Virus record (IMG/VR): IMGVR_UViG_3300045988_129218 | DNA: 64,000 bases | Strand: one strand, 5' to 3' | Origin: a virus | In this document: in pieces, positions 1 through 10,218 of the stretch | How positions within the stretch are numbered: position 1 is the first letter of the stretch | Layout: each line of letters begins with the position of its first letter | The notes under the pieces: generated by a model | The model's input: only the letters and a program-made list of their open reading frames with translations | The model's database searches: none | What the model was told of the DNA's origin: nothing | Translations under genes and position numbers: made by a program

Positions 1-2
1 TG

Positions 3-1595
3 ACTGATGCGCAGCAGCGGGAGCTGGATGCCTATTACGCGCTGAAGAGCGCTTACGACTGGGCCACCGGCGGGGCACAGCGCCACGTGGACGCCCTGAT
101 AGACGAGGCAAAACAGGCGGGGGACACCGGAAAGGCGCTGTACGACCTGGTGGCGGCGCAGATCACCGCCAGCAGCACAGAACTGAATTTCAGCCAGCAA
201 ATTGCCGCGCTGCGTCAGTTGGCGGCAGAGGCTGGCTATGCCGCGGAGGCGTATGGAAATCTGCTGAACGCGGGGCGGATATACCAACAGGCGATGGTAT
301 TGGTCGCCAACGGAAAGTTCAAGACGCTGGAGGAAGCACAGGCATACCTGACAGACAAGGCGTGGAGCAGCCTCACGAGCACAGCCCCCAGCGGCGGATG
401 GAATAGTTCCGCCGGGATGGGCTCCGGCGGCTCGGGCGGCGGCTCCGGAAGCGGTTCCGATTCGGCGGAACGCAAGAGGGCACAGGCGGAGATCGATGCG
501 CTGAAAAAAGCGCGGGACGCAGAGATTGAACCCCTCGATGACCAGATCGACGCGCTGAAAAAGCAGAACGAGGAGATCGAGCGGGGCGAGAAGCTGGAAG
601 AACTGAAGCTGGATATCCTGAAAAAGCAGGATGCCCTGCTGAACGCTCGGAACGAGCGGACAGTGCGGATGTACAACGCCGCCACCGGACAATGGGAGTG
701 GGTGGCCGATGCCCGGAAGGTCAAGGACGCAGAGGAAGCGCTGGAGGATGCCAAGAAAGACCTGCGGGACTATGAGCGGCAGACGGAGCTGGATCTCGCC
801 ATAGAGGAACTGGAGGCCCGCAAGGAGGCCATCAAGGCGGCGTACCAGATCAAGATCGACGCATGGCAGGATTATCTGGACGGGCTATCCGGCGCGGTGG
901 ATGCCGAGGGCGCGTACATTGCCCAGAGCGTACAGCAGAACAAGGACGCGGCGCAGGAAATCGCCGGCGCATGGGAGTCCACGGCAGAGAGGATCAAGGC
1001 GGCTATCGCATCCATGCCGGAAGGAAATCTGGATAGCTGGAAAGAAACAAAGGCTGGAAGCATTATCTCCGACGTGATGGATGATAGTGGGCGAAGCACC
1101 GGCGGAAAACCTCTCGATGTTGACAACAGAAGACCCACCGGCATGGCGTCCGGATCGCTGGGGAAAACAGGAGAGGGCTATACCATAGGGGAAATTTCCG
1201 GGAAACGCGGAAATACATCCGGCGGTACGCTGGGCAGCCGCAACATCAGCAGAGCCGCGCAATACGACAGCGGCGGCGTACTCAAGGGGCTGGGCGGTAT
1301 CAAGGCCACGGCGGATGACGAGATGGTGCTGCCTCCGGACATCACGGCGTGGATGCTCAGACCGTCGGCCAACGCGGCGTTTCAGGCGCGGATGCGGGAG
1401 CTGCGTGGGCTTTACGATCCGACCCCGGCGGTGGGGCGCAGTCTGGCGGGAAATACGGACAACCGGAGCTACACCGATCACAGCGGCCCGGAATACCACT
1501 ACGGCAATATCACCTTGACGCAGGCGCAGGCGGAGGCCACCACTGTGGCGGAGTTCATGCGCATGGCGCACCATCTGCAGCCGTATAAGGGGTGA
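3..1595 (+). CDS. Tail tape measure protein, C-terminal part (5' partial)
   Basis: Frame is open from the window edge. Coiled-coil (EIDALKK...) and Gly/Ser-rich segments. Lies immediately upstream of the tail genes. Confidence 0.6.
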   Translation, partial: TDAQQRELDAYYALKSAYDWATGGAQRHVDALIDEAKQAGDTGKALYDLVAAQITASSTELNFSQQIAALRQLAAEAGYAAEAYGNLLNAGRIYQQAMVLVANGKFKTLEEAQAYLTDKAWSSLTSTAPSGGWNSSAGMGSGGSGGGSGSGSDSAERKRAQAEIDALKKARDAEIEPLDDQIDALKKQNEEIERGEKLEELKLDILKKQDALLNARNERTVRMYNAATGQWEWVADARKVKDAEEALEDAKKDLRDYERQTELDLAIEELEARKEAIKAAYQIKIDAWQDYLDGLSGAVDAEGAYIAQSVQQNKDAAQEIAGAWESTAERIKAAIASMPEGNLDSWKETKAGSIISDVMDDSGRSTGGKPLDVDNRRPTGMASGSLGKTGEGYTIGEISGKRGNTSGGTLGSRNISRAAQYDSGGVLKGLGGIKATADDEMVLPPDITAWMLRPSANAAFQARMRELRGLYDPTPAVGRSLAGNTDNRSYTDHSGPEYHYGNITLTQAQAEATTVAEFMRMAHHLQPYKG

Positions 1596-1604
1596 GGAGA
1601 GAAC

Positions 1605-1907
1605 ATGGAAAACATAAAGGATCTTGCGGTTTTCGCCCAGAGATTGTGGGACAACTTCTTTTCCCGACGGGTACGGGAAACGCAGAAAAACGGTTTGCGA
1701 TGCTACCGGGCCGCCGTGACGACGGCGGCGTCCGGCGGCGTGATGGGCGTGAAGCGGCCCTTTGACGAAACGGAGTCGTTTCTCCCGTATGCTGCATCCA
1801 TGGAGACGGCGCCGGTGGGCGCACAGGTGGTGGTGCTGGTATTTGGAGAGGGGAAAAACGCCGGAAACCACATGGTTTTTATGTACACGGACGGAAGAAA
1901 CCTTTAA
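1605..1907 (+). CDS. Hypothetical tail-module protein (100 aa)
   Basis: GAGGAGAG RBS-like sequence before the ATG. Tightly packed after the tape measure gene. Confidence 0.45.
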   Translation: MENIKDLAVFAQRLWDNFFSRRVRETQKNGLRCYRAAVTTAASGGVMGVKRPFDETESFLPYAASMETAPVGAQVVVLVFGEGKNAGNHMVFMYTDGRNL

Positions 1908-1927
1908 GGAGAAAGGACGGCTGGAAT

Positions 1928-2131
1928 ATGGCAAAGAAGACGCGGCACATCCTTGTGCTGAAAAGCGGCAGGGAGATCCCCATCACAGGGTCTACCGGGC
2001 GGTACTATGTGACAAGGGAGAGCCAGTACCGGAAGGGAAATCCCGACATCAGGTGCGTGCGTACGGCCACGGATGAGGAGTGCGATGCCCTGACGGAAGC
2101 GGACGGAAAGAAGCGCAGGCGCGGGAACTGA
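1928..2131 (+). CDS. Hypothetical protein (67 aa)
   Basis: ORF with upstream AAGGAGAAAGGA. Position in the tail operon. Confidence 0.4.
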   Translation: MAKKTRHILVLKSGREIPITGSTGRYYVTRESQYRKGNPDIRCVRTATDEECDALTEADGKKRRRGN

Positions 2132-2151
2132 GCGCCGATGGAGGGTGAGCC

Positions 2152-3426
2152 ATGACGGAGCAGGAAAAATATCTGGCGTACCTGAAGGCGCTGAAGGGCC
2201 GGTTTCAAAAAATATGCCGGCTGCGGTTTCTGAACCCGGATGGGAGCACGGCGTTTTTTGTGGACAACAACCCGCGAAATAAGTACAGCGGCGCCTTTAT
2301 CGCGGACGGGACGCTGACGGTGCATCTGCAGAACGGGGTGAGACGCACGGCCAGCGTGACGCTGAGCAATGTGGACGGCACATTTGACTACAACGTGAAC
2401 CACCTGTGGTTCGGGCAGGAGATTGCGCTGGATGAGGGGCTGGTTCTGCCGGACGGCGAGGACTACTACCTCCAGCAGGGCGTTTTCCTGATCCAGAACC
2501 CGCAGGAGGAGGTGCAGCCGGGCAGACGGCTGGTGCAGTACGACCTTGTGGATAAGTGGGCCAATCTGGACGGGACGCTGTGGGGCAGACTGGAGGGCAC
2601 TTACAAGGGGGCAGTGGGGGAAAATATCTTCCGGCAGGTCGATGCCCTACTGCAGGATGACAAGGGAAACGGGCAGAAAGTCGACCCCATCCCCCCGGTG
2701 TATACGGAGTATTACAACGGAAAAACGCAGGAACTGCCGGACGGCACCGCCGCCAACCTGACGGACGCGCCGTACACGTTGGAGGTGTCGCCGGGAGGAG
2801 GCACCTACGCATCGGTGATACTGGGTTTTGCGGAGATGCTGAACGCATGGGTGGGCTACGATGCTGCGGGACGGCTGCGGATAGATCCCAGTCAGGATGA
2901 TCTGCTGGACACGGAAAAACCGGTGAGCCGCGCCTTTTCCATGGAGGAGACCACGCTGCTGGGGATGACGTACACGGCGGAAAACACCGAGGTCTACAAC
3001 GACTATATCGTGCTTGGCGCCGCGCTGGATGACAACAGCCAGCCGGGGGCACGGGCCACCAACAACGACCCTATGAGCGACACGAACGTGCAGCTGATCG
3101 GGCGAAAGACGATATGGACGGAGGAGGACGGCTACACCACGCAGACCATGTGCCGCGACAGGGCGGAGTGGGAAATGAAGCGTTCCACGGTGCTGCAGAA
3201 AAGTGTGGACATCTCCTGCGCGCAGTTCTTCCACCTGGTCGAAAATACAATTGTCACGGTAGCAAGAAGTGACAAGGCGGGGATGCCTGTGGAGCGGCAT
3301 CTTGTGACCGGATTTTCAAGACCCCTGACGGGACAGGGGCAGATGTCCATATCCGCTACCAGCGTGGCAGATTTCCCTGTGGCGACGGTGACGGTATGGC
3401 CGCTGAAAACAAACACGGTAGCATAA
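2152..3426 (+). CDS. Phage tail component (distal-tail-protein-like)
   Basis: 424-aa ORF directly after the tape measure block. Protein-like composition. Call rests on synteny. Confidence 0.5.
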   Translation: MTEQEKYLAYLKALKGRFQKICRLRFLNPDGSTAFFVDNNPRNKYSGAFIADGTLTVHLQNGVRRTASVTLSNVDGTFDYNVNHLWFGQEIALDEGLVLPDGEDYYLQQGVFLIQNPQEEVQPGRRLVQYDLVDKWANLDGTLWGRLEGTYKGAVGENIFRQVDALLQDDKGNGQKVDPIPPVYTEYYNGKTQELPDGTAANLTDAPYTLEVSPGGGTYASVILGFAEMLNAWVGYDAAGRLRIDPSQDDLLDTEKPVSRAFSMEETTLLGMTYTAENTEVYNDYIVLGAALDDNSQPGARATNNDPMSDTNVQLIGRKTIWTEEDGYTTQTMCRDRAEWEMKRSTVLQKSVDISCAQFFHLVENTIVTVARSDKAGMPVERHLVTGFSRPLTGQGQMSISATSVADFPVATVTVWPLKTNTVA

Positions 3427-3448
3427 GCGGAGGGGAGGGAAGGACGAT

Positions 3449-5521
3449 ATGGCACTTTTCATGCCGACGAACATCACGCCCTCCACGCTGGGAGCGTTGG
3501 GAAACGGGACGGTGGATGCCTCCCGCGATATGACCGTGACGTGGCAGGTGGACGGGCAGAACGCCATGACGGCGTTTGAGATAAAAATTTACGCAAATAC
3601 GCCGGACAGCACACAGCTGTACGATACAGGGAAGAAGACGGACGGATGCCCGTTTTACGGCAGGGATGCAGGCGGCGATGTGGTGTTTTTCAGCTACACG
3701 ATACCGGCGTCGGCGCTGGCGGCGGCAGGGATCGCCAACGGGAACAGCTACAAGCTGCTGATCACACAGTGGTGGACGGGCAGCGCCAGCGTGACACAGC
3801 AAAGCGCGTCGGTCTTTATCTGCCGCAGCGCGCCCACGCTGGTCATCAACAGCTTTTCGCGGCCTGTGACCGGGAAACAGATGACGTGGACGGCCAGCTA
3901 TGCCCAGGCGCAGGGAGACCCACTGATATGGGTACGCTGGCAGCTGGCGGCAGCCGGCAGCACAGACGAACCGCTGTACGACACCGGCAACATCGCCACG
4001 GCACAACTGCAGTTCAGCTACGACGGTCTTTTCGCGGGGCAGCAATACGCCGTGCGGTGCCGCGTGGAGACGTCCAACGGCGTTACGGCGGATACGGGAT
4101 GGGTGCAGTTCGCGGTGCAGTACGATACTACCGGCTACAGCGGAGCGGTGGAGACGTGCGTGAAGCGGAGACAAAGCGGCGTGCTGGTATCGTGGCCGGG
4201 GGCCTATGACATACCCGGGACGGCCAGCGGGAATTACAGGGTCAGAAACGGGAAGCTGGATCTGCCGGCGGGGGCAAACGTAACATGGGACACGGTGACG
4301 GGCGCGTCCATGGCGATCTCGCCGGCGTGGAGCGCCGTATGGCGCGGGACGGTGACGGCGTTTCCGACGGGGCTGTTTTCGCTGGGAGCGGCGGACGGCC
4401 AGACGGTGGCGGTATCCGTATCCCGGACGGCGCTGACAGTGACGCAGGGCGGCGCGGAGGTGGGCCGCATCAGCGCGGCGTTTGTGCCGGGTGACGATCT
4501 CACGGTGGTGCTCCGCAGCGGTAAGTTGTATGTGCGCCGGCGGTATGAGACGGGGTTGTTTCCCGGCCAGAGCCTTTATGCTGCCAATGATCTCTTTCCG
4601 GTGCGCAGTCAGTACAGGATCGCGACTTATGCCGCCGATATGCAGCTGATGGAAACGACAGTGACGAGCGTGCAGCTGACAGGCGCGCAGACCTGCGATT
4701 ATATGTGGATAGAGGGCGGCGAGCTGCCGGATGCCACGCTTTCGCGACTGATGAGCGCCGCCGGATACACGCCGGAATTTGGCGGGGACACGCGGTTTCT
4801 GGCGGACTTTTCGGAGGATCTGCGGGGCGGCAACGTGGCGGCAGATGAGGCCATAACGGGCTGGTCGGTATACCGCAGGGCACAGGACGCCGCCGCGCTG
4901 GTACATGTGGCGGACACGGGATACGAGGAGCGCAGCGTCATAGATTGCGGCGCCGTGTCGCAGGAGACGTATGTGTATTACATATTTGGCCGGTCGGCCT
5001 TCTCGTTTGCCACCACGGCACTGGCTAGCCAGCCCGTGACGGTGTGCCTGTGGGACTGGACGATACTGGCCTGTGCGCAGGAGAAGAGCGGCGCTTTTCA
5101 GGTGGAGGACATTTTCCGGTTTTCGCTGAACGTGGAGAGCGGGACGATAAGCAACAACAATAAGCCGGCGCTGCTGGAGAACTTTACGCGGTATCCCACG
5201 GTGCAGATGTCTTCCCAGCTTTACAGGAGCGGTACGCTCAGCGGATATCTGGGAGAGGTGGATCAGAATGCCGAATACCATGATTCTGCAGCCCGGCTGG
5301 AGCAGTTGATGGCGTTGTCGCTGACAAGGCAGACGCTGTTTCTCAAGAACCGAAAGGGCAGCCTAATGCGGATATTCCTCAACGGGGAGATCACCGCGCA
5401 GACGCAGGATGCCACACGGCAGCAGGCGCTGATATGCGCGGTGCCGTGGTGTGAGACAGGAAATGCCCGCGACGCACAGCTGCTGATACGGCAGGGAAGT
5501 GCGCTTCGCGCCGCAATGTGA
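3449..5521 (+). CDS. Tail-associated / minor structural protein
   Basis: 690-aa ORF following the distal-tail-like gene. Call rests on synteny. Confidence 0.5.
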   Translation: MALFMPTNITPSTLGALGNGTVDASRDMTVTWQVDGQNAMTAFEIKIYANTPDSTQLYDTGKKTDGCPFYGRDAGGDVVFFSYTIPASALAAAGIANGNSYKLLITQWWTGSASVTQQSASVFICRSAPTLVINSFSRPVTGKQMTWTASYAQAQGDPLIWVRWQLAAAGSTDEPLYDTGNIATAQLQFSYDGLFAGQQYAVRCRVETSNGVTADTGWVQFAVQYDTTGYSGAVETCVKRRQSGVLVSWPGAYDIPGTASGNYRVRNGKLDLPAGANVTWDTVTGASMAISPAWSAVWRGTVTAFPTGLFSLGAADGQTVAVSVSRTALTVTQGGAEVGRISAAFVPGDDLTVVLRSGKLYVRRRYETGLFPGQSLYAANDLFPVRSQYRIATYAADMQLMETTVTSVQLTGAQTCDYMWIEGGELPDATLSRLMSAAGYTPEFGGDTRFLADFSEDLRGGNVAADEAITGWSVYRRAQDAAALVHVADTGYEERSVIDCGAVSQETYVYYIFGRSAFSFATTALASQPVTVCLWDWTILACAQEKSGAFQVEDIFRFSLNVESGTISNNNKPALLENFTRYPTVQMSSQLYRSGTLSGYLGEVDQNAEYHDSAARLEQLMALSLTRQTLFLKNRKGSLMRIFLNGEITAQTQDATRQQALICAVPWCETGNARDAQLLIRQGSALRAAM

Positions 5522-5545
5522 GATAAGACGGAAAGGAGCAACATC

Positions 5546-6319
5546 ATGGCATATACAGCGCCGAAATGGCAAAACGATGCACCGCCGGCCATCAACGCGG
5601 CGGCGATGCAGGAGATCAGCGACAATCTGGAGTATGTATCGAAGTATCTGACCAACGAGAATCTGATCGTCAACGGGAATTTCCGCCCATCTGTCCGCGT
5701 AAATCAGCGGGGACAGGCCGTCTATACCGGTACGGCGGTGGGGTTCGACATGTGGCGCGGGACGAACAGCTCCGTGCGAGCCACGCTGACGGGCACCGGA
5801 CTTACCATTGCTTCCGCGGACAGCAGCGTACAGCCGTTTTACAGGCAGAAGTTGGAGACCTATGACGATCTGCTGGGGCAGACCGTTACGCTGTCGGGGA
5901 TCACCGGAGGCGGTACGCTGCATACCGCAACGTCGACGCTGCCGGAGCTGCCGCCGGCTTCCGGTATCGGCTACTGCAATATACTGAACGTTTTCGATTT
6001 ATGGTTGGACAGCAGCGGTATGTATGTACGACTGAAAAGCAGCGTGGGCGGCACAATCGCCTTCCGGGCGGTAAAACTGGAGTTGGGCGACAAGCAGACG
6101 CTGGCGCATCAGGACGCAGACGGAAACTGGATACTGAACGATGAAGGGAATTACGCAGCGATGCTGCTGCGGTGCCAGCGGTATCTGCAGCTGTATGCGA
6201 CGGAAACTCTCCGTCCGTCCAAGGCGGCGGACTGCCGGCCCGTCATGCGCGTCAACCCCTCGCAGACCACGGTGGCGATAGACGGTACGACGTATTACGT
6301 CAACACCGCAGAGATGTAA
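5546..6319 (+). CDS. Tail fibre / receptor-binding-like protein
   Basis: N-terminus YTAPKWQNDAPPAINAAAMQEISDNLE resembles the conserved N-termini of Firmicutes phage fibre proteins. Position before the lysis genes. Confidence 0.4.
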   Translation: MAYTAPKWQNDAPPAINAAAMQEISDNLEYVSKYLTNENLIVNGNFRPSVRVNQRGQAVYTGTAVGFDMWRGTNSSVRATLTGTGLTIASADSSVQPFYRQKLETYDDLLGQTVTLSGITGGGTLHTATSTLPELPPASGIGYCNILNVFDLWLDSSGMYVRLKSSVGGTIAFRAVKLELGDKQTLAHQDADGNWILNDEGNYAAMLLRCQRYLQLYATETLRPSKAADCRPVMRVNPSQTTVAIDGTTYYVNTAEM

Positions 6320-6325
6320 CAGGAG

Positions 6326-6682
6326 GTGAACGGAATGGAGAAATCCCGCGTATATGGACTGACAGACGAAAACGGTGTGCTCCTGCGGGTCGAGGGGGAA
6401 TATACTCTCCCGGAGGATCTGGATGGGTGGGTGCTGCTGGAGAAGGGGGAGTCCTGCGACCGACTGAATCTGGCGCAGAACCAGTATCTGGACGGCGGAT
6501 TGACCAACGCAGACGGCATTTCCCGGTGGAAGGTGGAAAATGGCGCGTGTGTGCTGCGGGGGGAGGAGGAGCTCGCCGCCGATCTGGCGGCGCTGCCGGC
6601 ACCGGCCCCCAGCCAACTGGACAGGCTGGAGGCACAGGTCACTTACACCGCCATGATGACGGACACGATGATGGAGGTGTAA
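6326..6682 (+). CDS. Hypothetical protein (118 aa)
   Basis: ORF with GGAGGTGA RBS, between the fibre gene and XkdX. Confidence 0.45.
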   Translation: MNGMEKSRVYGLTDENGVLLRVEGEYTLPEDLDGWVLLEKGESCDRLNLAQNQYLDGGLTNADGISRWKVENGACVLRGEEELAADLAALPAPAPSQLDRLEAQVTYTAMMTDTMMEV

Positions 6683-6686
6683 AAGA

Positions 6687-6818
6687 ATGGCTGAGAAGAT
6701 AGCGCGGTGGTATGCGCAGGGGCTGTGGACGCAGAAGATGGTGGCGAATGCCGTCAGGAAGGGCGTGCTGACAGCCCAACAGTACAAGGAAATCACGGGC
6801 GAAAAAATGCCCGCATAA
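6687..6818 (+). CDS. XkdX-family small phage protein (43 aa; below the ORF-track cutoff)
   Basis: Own translation: MAEKIARWYAQGLWTQKMVANAVRKGVLTAQQYKEITGEKMPA. This matches the XkdX pattern (W..g.wt...v...V.kg.iT..qYkeITG). Confidence 0.6.
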   Translation: MAEKIARWYAQGLWTQKMVANAVRKGVLTAQQYKEITGEKMPA

Positions 6819-6854
6819 ATGGGACAGGCTCGATGAGCCGGAAAGGACTACGAT

Positions 6855-7070
6855 ATGAAACTGAACAACAAGGTATACGACATCCTCAAGTGGCTGGTCA
6901 TCATCGTCATGCCCGCCGTGGCCACGCTGTACGCGGCGCTGGCGGCGGTGTGGGCGTGGCCTTATGCCGACGAGGTGGTGACCACCATCACCGCCGTGGA
7001 TACGTTCCTCGGCGCGGTGCTGTGCATCTCTACGGCGCAGTACCACAAGGAGGCGAAGAACGATGGCTAA
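6855..7070 (+). CDS. Holin (Dp-1/LL-H type)
   Basis: 71 aa with two hydrophobic helices. NKVYDILKWLVIIVMPAVATLY motif. Overlaps the endolysin start. Confidence 0.65.
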   Translation: MKLNNKVYDILKWLVIIVMPAVATLYAALAAVWAWPYADEVVTTITAVDTFLGAVLCISTAQYHKEAKNDG

Positions 7071-7854
7071 GCGGGTGTATCTGTCCCCCAGCGACCAGAG
7101 GCGCAACACATACGCGGTGGGCGACACCACCGAGGCCATCCAGTGCGGACGCATCGCGGCGGTGTGTAAGGCGGCGCTGGAGCGCTCCGGCGTGGAAGTG
7201 ATGTTGGGACAGTACGACACCATGGCCAACCGCGTGGCGGCGTCCAACCGGTTCAAGGCTGACCTACACGTCCCCATCCACTCAAACGCCTGCAACGGAA
7301 AGGCCAGCGGTACGCACCTGTTTTGTTACAGCGGCGACCGGAACAGCGCCGGGTACAAGGCGTGTCAGGCGGTTCTGGATGTGCTGGGGCCGGTGACGCC
7401 GGGTGCGCCGGACGTCATCCGGGCGTACCCCGCATTGTACGAGGTAAAGCATCCTGCCGCCACGACGGTGTATATCGAGGTGGATTTCCACGATGTCCCC
7501 AGCGTTGCCCAGTGGATCATCGACAACACCACCCTGATCGGCGAGACCATCGCCAAGGGCCTGTGCGCGGCGCTGGGCGTCAAGTTTGTGCCCGGCGAGA
7601 ACACCCCGGAGCCGGTGCCCGTGCAGGTGGAGACGGTGGCTATGCAGGTGCGGGTGCTGCGCAGGGGCATGACCGGTGCAGATGTGCGCACCTTGCAGGC
7701 GGCGCTGAATGCTAACGGTTTTAACTGCGGTACTGCGGACGGAGTGTTTGGTGGCGGTACTGAGACAGCCCTGAAGAAGTTCCAGACTAAGTACAACCTC
7801 GGCGCTGACGGTATCGCCGGGAAAGGGACTTGGGGTAAGTTTCTGGGCATCTGA
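7063..7854 (+). CDS. Endolysin: N-acetylmuramoyl-L-alanine amidase (Amidase_3) with C-terminal PG_binding_1 domain
   Basis: DLHVPIHSNA and VEVDFH amidase_3 signatures. C-terminal GMTGADVRTLQAALNANGF..DGVFGGGTETALKKFQ repeat. Confidence 0.85.
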   Translation: MAKRVYLSPSDQRRNTYAVGDTTEAIQCGRIAAVCKAALERSGVEVMLGQYDTMANRVAASNRFKADLHVPIHSNACNGKASGTHLFCYSGDRNSAGYKACQAVLDVLGPVTPGAPDVIRAYPALYEVKHPAATTVYIEVDFHDVPSVAQWIIDNTTLIGETIAKGLCAALGVKFVPGENTPEPVPVQVETVAMQVRVLRRGMTGADVRTLQAALNANGFNCGTADGVFGGGTETALKKFQTKYNLGADGIAGKGTWGKFLGI

Positions 7855-7861
7855 CAAAAAG

Positions 7862-7891
7862 AAAGGACACCGGTTGATCCCGGTGTCCTTT
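7862..7891. terminator. Bidirectional hairpin between the endolysin and integrase 3' ends
   Basis: AAAGGACACCGG-ttgatc-CCGGTGTCCTTT, a 12-bp stem with flanking A/T runs on both strands. Confidence 0.6.
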
Positions 7892-8919
7892 TACTGTGCG
7901 GCGGATAAGAGCCCTTCGTTGATCTCCGCCTGACGGTCGCGGGCCTCCAGCACCAGAACAGCGGACTTCTTGCCGGCCTTGCCCATGAGTTTGCCGGAGT
8001 AGACCTGCGTGATGGCGGGGGAGGCGTGGCCAAGCTTCGCCTGAAGCTCCTCCTGCGCCATGCCGCTGTTGAGGTCGAGACGGGCGCCCACATGGCGGAG
8101 GTCGTGGGTGCGGATGTTGGGGACGCCGGTGACGGCCTTGACGTGGCGCTCCACCAGCGCGGAGAGCCATGTAGGGGAGCCGGCAGACCATGCGCCATCT
8201 CTCTTTCTGACACCGAAAGTGCCCTTTTCGCTGGTAGTGCCGAACAGGGGGGCGGTGTCGGGAAGGTCACGGGGACGGAGGCCACTGGCGAGGTAGATGC
8301 GGACGGCGGACTGTGCAATGTCTGGAAAGTCCACACGGCGGAACTTGTTGCCCTTGCCGTACTCCACGAAAATTTCTCCCTCGTCCCAGTGGAGGTCGGC
8401 GGGGGTCAGGTGCAGAAGCTCCGCGTTGCGCAGCTCCGTGGTGAGAAGCAGGATCACGATGGCGTAGTTGCGGGGATAGGTTGCGGCCTTGGCGCGGCAG
8501 GGGCGGTCGTTTCGCCAGAGTTTCATCACCTGCTGGTCGGTGAGGAGGGGGTCATAGGGGCGAAGTTCTTCCCGCCGGGTGTTGGGAAGCAGCCGCTTGG
8601 AGACGGGGTTCGTCGGATACCAGCCGCCGCACTGGGGATCGCAGGCAAACTCAAAAAAGGCGTGGAGACGGATGAGGTACTGCCGGACGGTGGCCGGGGA
8701 GCACTGGCGTTCGATGAGGGAATCGCGCCAGAGAAGGATGGTGGCGTAGCTGGGGTCGGCGTAGTTCTCCTTGGACTCGATGAAGAAATTCATGAAGTCC
8801 TCCAGCGTGTAGGTGTAGTTCTTGAGGGTGCGGGGGGAAAAGTCAGTGGCGGCGCAGTTTTTGAGGTATGCGTCGGCGGCGGCGCAGAGCTTCATTTCCG
8901 CACGGCTACTTCTGCCCAT
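7891..8919 (-). CDS. Tyrosine recombinase / phage integrase
   Basis: R...HDLRHVGAR...LGHASPAITQVYSG catalytic signature. Confidence 0.85.
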   Translation of the reverse strand: MGRSSRAEMKLCAAADAYLKNCAATDFSPRTLKNYTYTLEDFMNFFIESKENYADPSYATILLWRDSLIERQCSPATVRQYLIRLHAFFEFACDPQCGGWYPTNPVSKRLLPNTRREELRPYDPLLTDQQVMKLWRNDRPCRAKAATYPRNYAIVILLLTTELRNAELLHLTPADLHWDEGEIFVEYGKGNKFRRVDFPDIAQSAVRIYLASGLRPRDLPDTAPLFGTTSEKGTFGVRKRDGAWSAGSPTWLSALVERHVKAVTGVPNIRTHDLRHVGARLDLNSGMAQEELQAKLGHASPAITQVYSGKLMGKAGKKSAVLVLEARDRQAEINEGLLSAAQ

Positions 8920-8952
8920 CTTCCGGGGCCTCCTTCCTTGAAAAATGCATAA

Positions 8953-9171
8953 TTATTCATTCCAGTTCTTCTTGCAGAACTGCTGCTTGAGGACAAGTTC
9001 CACGCCGAGGGTAGACACATGGCAGGTTTCGATGAGGAAATCGCCGTAGGCCATCAACTCAAGGCCGTTCTTGGGGTTAAAGGGAACGCTGCAAGAGCCG
9101 AAGGTGAGTTCGATATTGGGCTTGATACCGTCGCCAAGCTCCAGCATGGCGCACGCTTCAAGGACTGTCAT
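8953..9171 (-). CDS. Conserved hypothetical 72-aa protein (paralog of 13911-14129)
   Basis: GGAGG RBS. MTVLEACAMLELGDGIKP...AYGDFLIETCHV shared with the second copy, including an identical 5' leader GGTATATGTACCTCC. Confidence 0.55.
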   Translation of the reverse strand: MTVLEACAMLELGDGIKPNIELTFGSCSVPFNPKNGLELMAYGDFLIETCHVSTLGVELVLKQQFCKKNWNE

Positions 9172-9246
9172 GGTATATGTACCTCCCGAAAGTATAATTT
9201 TGAATGGTGCGGAGGGGAGCGGCAAACTCCCCTCCGCGTGGCGCCA

Positions 9247-10059
9247 TCAGCAGGCGGGGGCGCGATCCATAATGGCGGTGATGCCGCGGGCGGTCAGGAT
9301 CTCGTGGATCATGAGCCGTCCCTTCTGCGTCCACTGGGTCTGCATTTTGGTGTCGGGCCGACCGTCGGAACGGACAAACCGGATGGTCTTGGACTTGGTG
9401 TAGCCCTTGCCCATGTGGCGCTTGTAGAGGAGCCACTGTCCGTTGACGTTGTACTGGATGCCCTCCTCATGGAGAATCTTGTTGAGGGCGCGGGCGCTCA
9501 TTTCGTAGTCGGCGGCGATCTGCGAGGTCGCCAGCGCGTCCTTGCTCTCCAGTATGGTGTCCACATACTGCCGGATGGGTTCAAAGTCGGCGATGACCTG
9601 CGCCTGCCGATGGTTCTCGGCCAGCAGTTTCAGCTTCTGCTCCTCGGCGTCGGCAAGGGCGCGGAGGGCGGAGGGGTAGTCCTGCGGCATCATGTAGCCG
9701 CCGGTCTTGCGGATGCTGGGAAGAACTTCGGACGTTACCCAGCGCTTGAACTTCTTGGCGGTGGAAAGTTTGCTGGAAAGCACCAGCGAGTACAGGCCGC
9801 TTTCGTTGATTGCCGTAACGTCTCGCTTTTGACCTGCACTGTCAATTTGGCAGACCAGTTTATCTTCATCATCAACATGCTTTTTAAGCGCTCCAAATGC
9901 GTCCGCATACCCAAGCGCCGTTGCCACGTCTTTACCCACAAACCACGGTTCTCCGTTGATCTCGATGGTGCGGATGCTACCGAACTCCTCATTCTGGAAC
10001 ACCTGCATCTGGTTTTCGCTGCTGCTGTTCATGGCGATTTTGGTACAATCAAAACTCAT
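9247..10059 (-). CDS. Phage antirepressor (Bro-N + KilAC domains)
   Basis: QVFQNEEFGSIRTIEINGEPWFVGKDVATALGY (Bro-N) plus a C-terminal KilAC-like half. AAGGAG RBS. Confidence 0.8.
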   Translation of the reverse strand: MSFDCTKIAMNSSSENQMQVFQNEEFGSIRTIEINGEPWFVGKDVATALGYADAFGALKKHVDDEDKLVCQIDSAGQKRDVTAINESGLYSLVLSSKLSTAKKFKRWVTSEVLPSIRKTGGYMMPQDYPSALRALADAEEQKLKLLAENHRQAQVIADFEPIRQYVDTILESKDALATSQIAADYEMSARALNKILHEEGIQYNVNGQWLLYKRHMGKGYTKSKTIRFVRSDGRPDTKMQTQWTQKGRLMIHEILTARGITAIMDRAPAC

Positions 10060-10218
10060 TTTGTGTCTCCTTATACCACAGAAATTATTTTGAGTACCCC
10101 TTCAATTAAAATTTTTGTTGACCTCCGGGAAGTTTGGCCATATAATAGATTTGACCGCTTCGCGGTGGTCGTTTGGATAACGGTTTGCTGACTATCTTGC
10201 AGGAAGGGCAGCAGACCG

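Larger units (their letters stand above)
1..7891 (+). mobile_element. Right-hand (tail + lysis) end of a siphovirus-type prophage (P0), truncated by window start
   Basis: Co-directional tape measure, tail, XkdX, holin and endolysin genes ending in a hairpin terminator. Confidence 0.7.

Noticed and set aside
3356-5281. 641-aa ORF on the minus strand (similar long antisense ORFs at 55463-57022, 59424-60449 and 60994-62358)
   Set aside because: R/H/P/A-rich non-protein-like sequences that lie opposite well-supported structural genes. These are high-GC artefacts.
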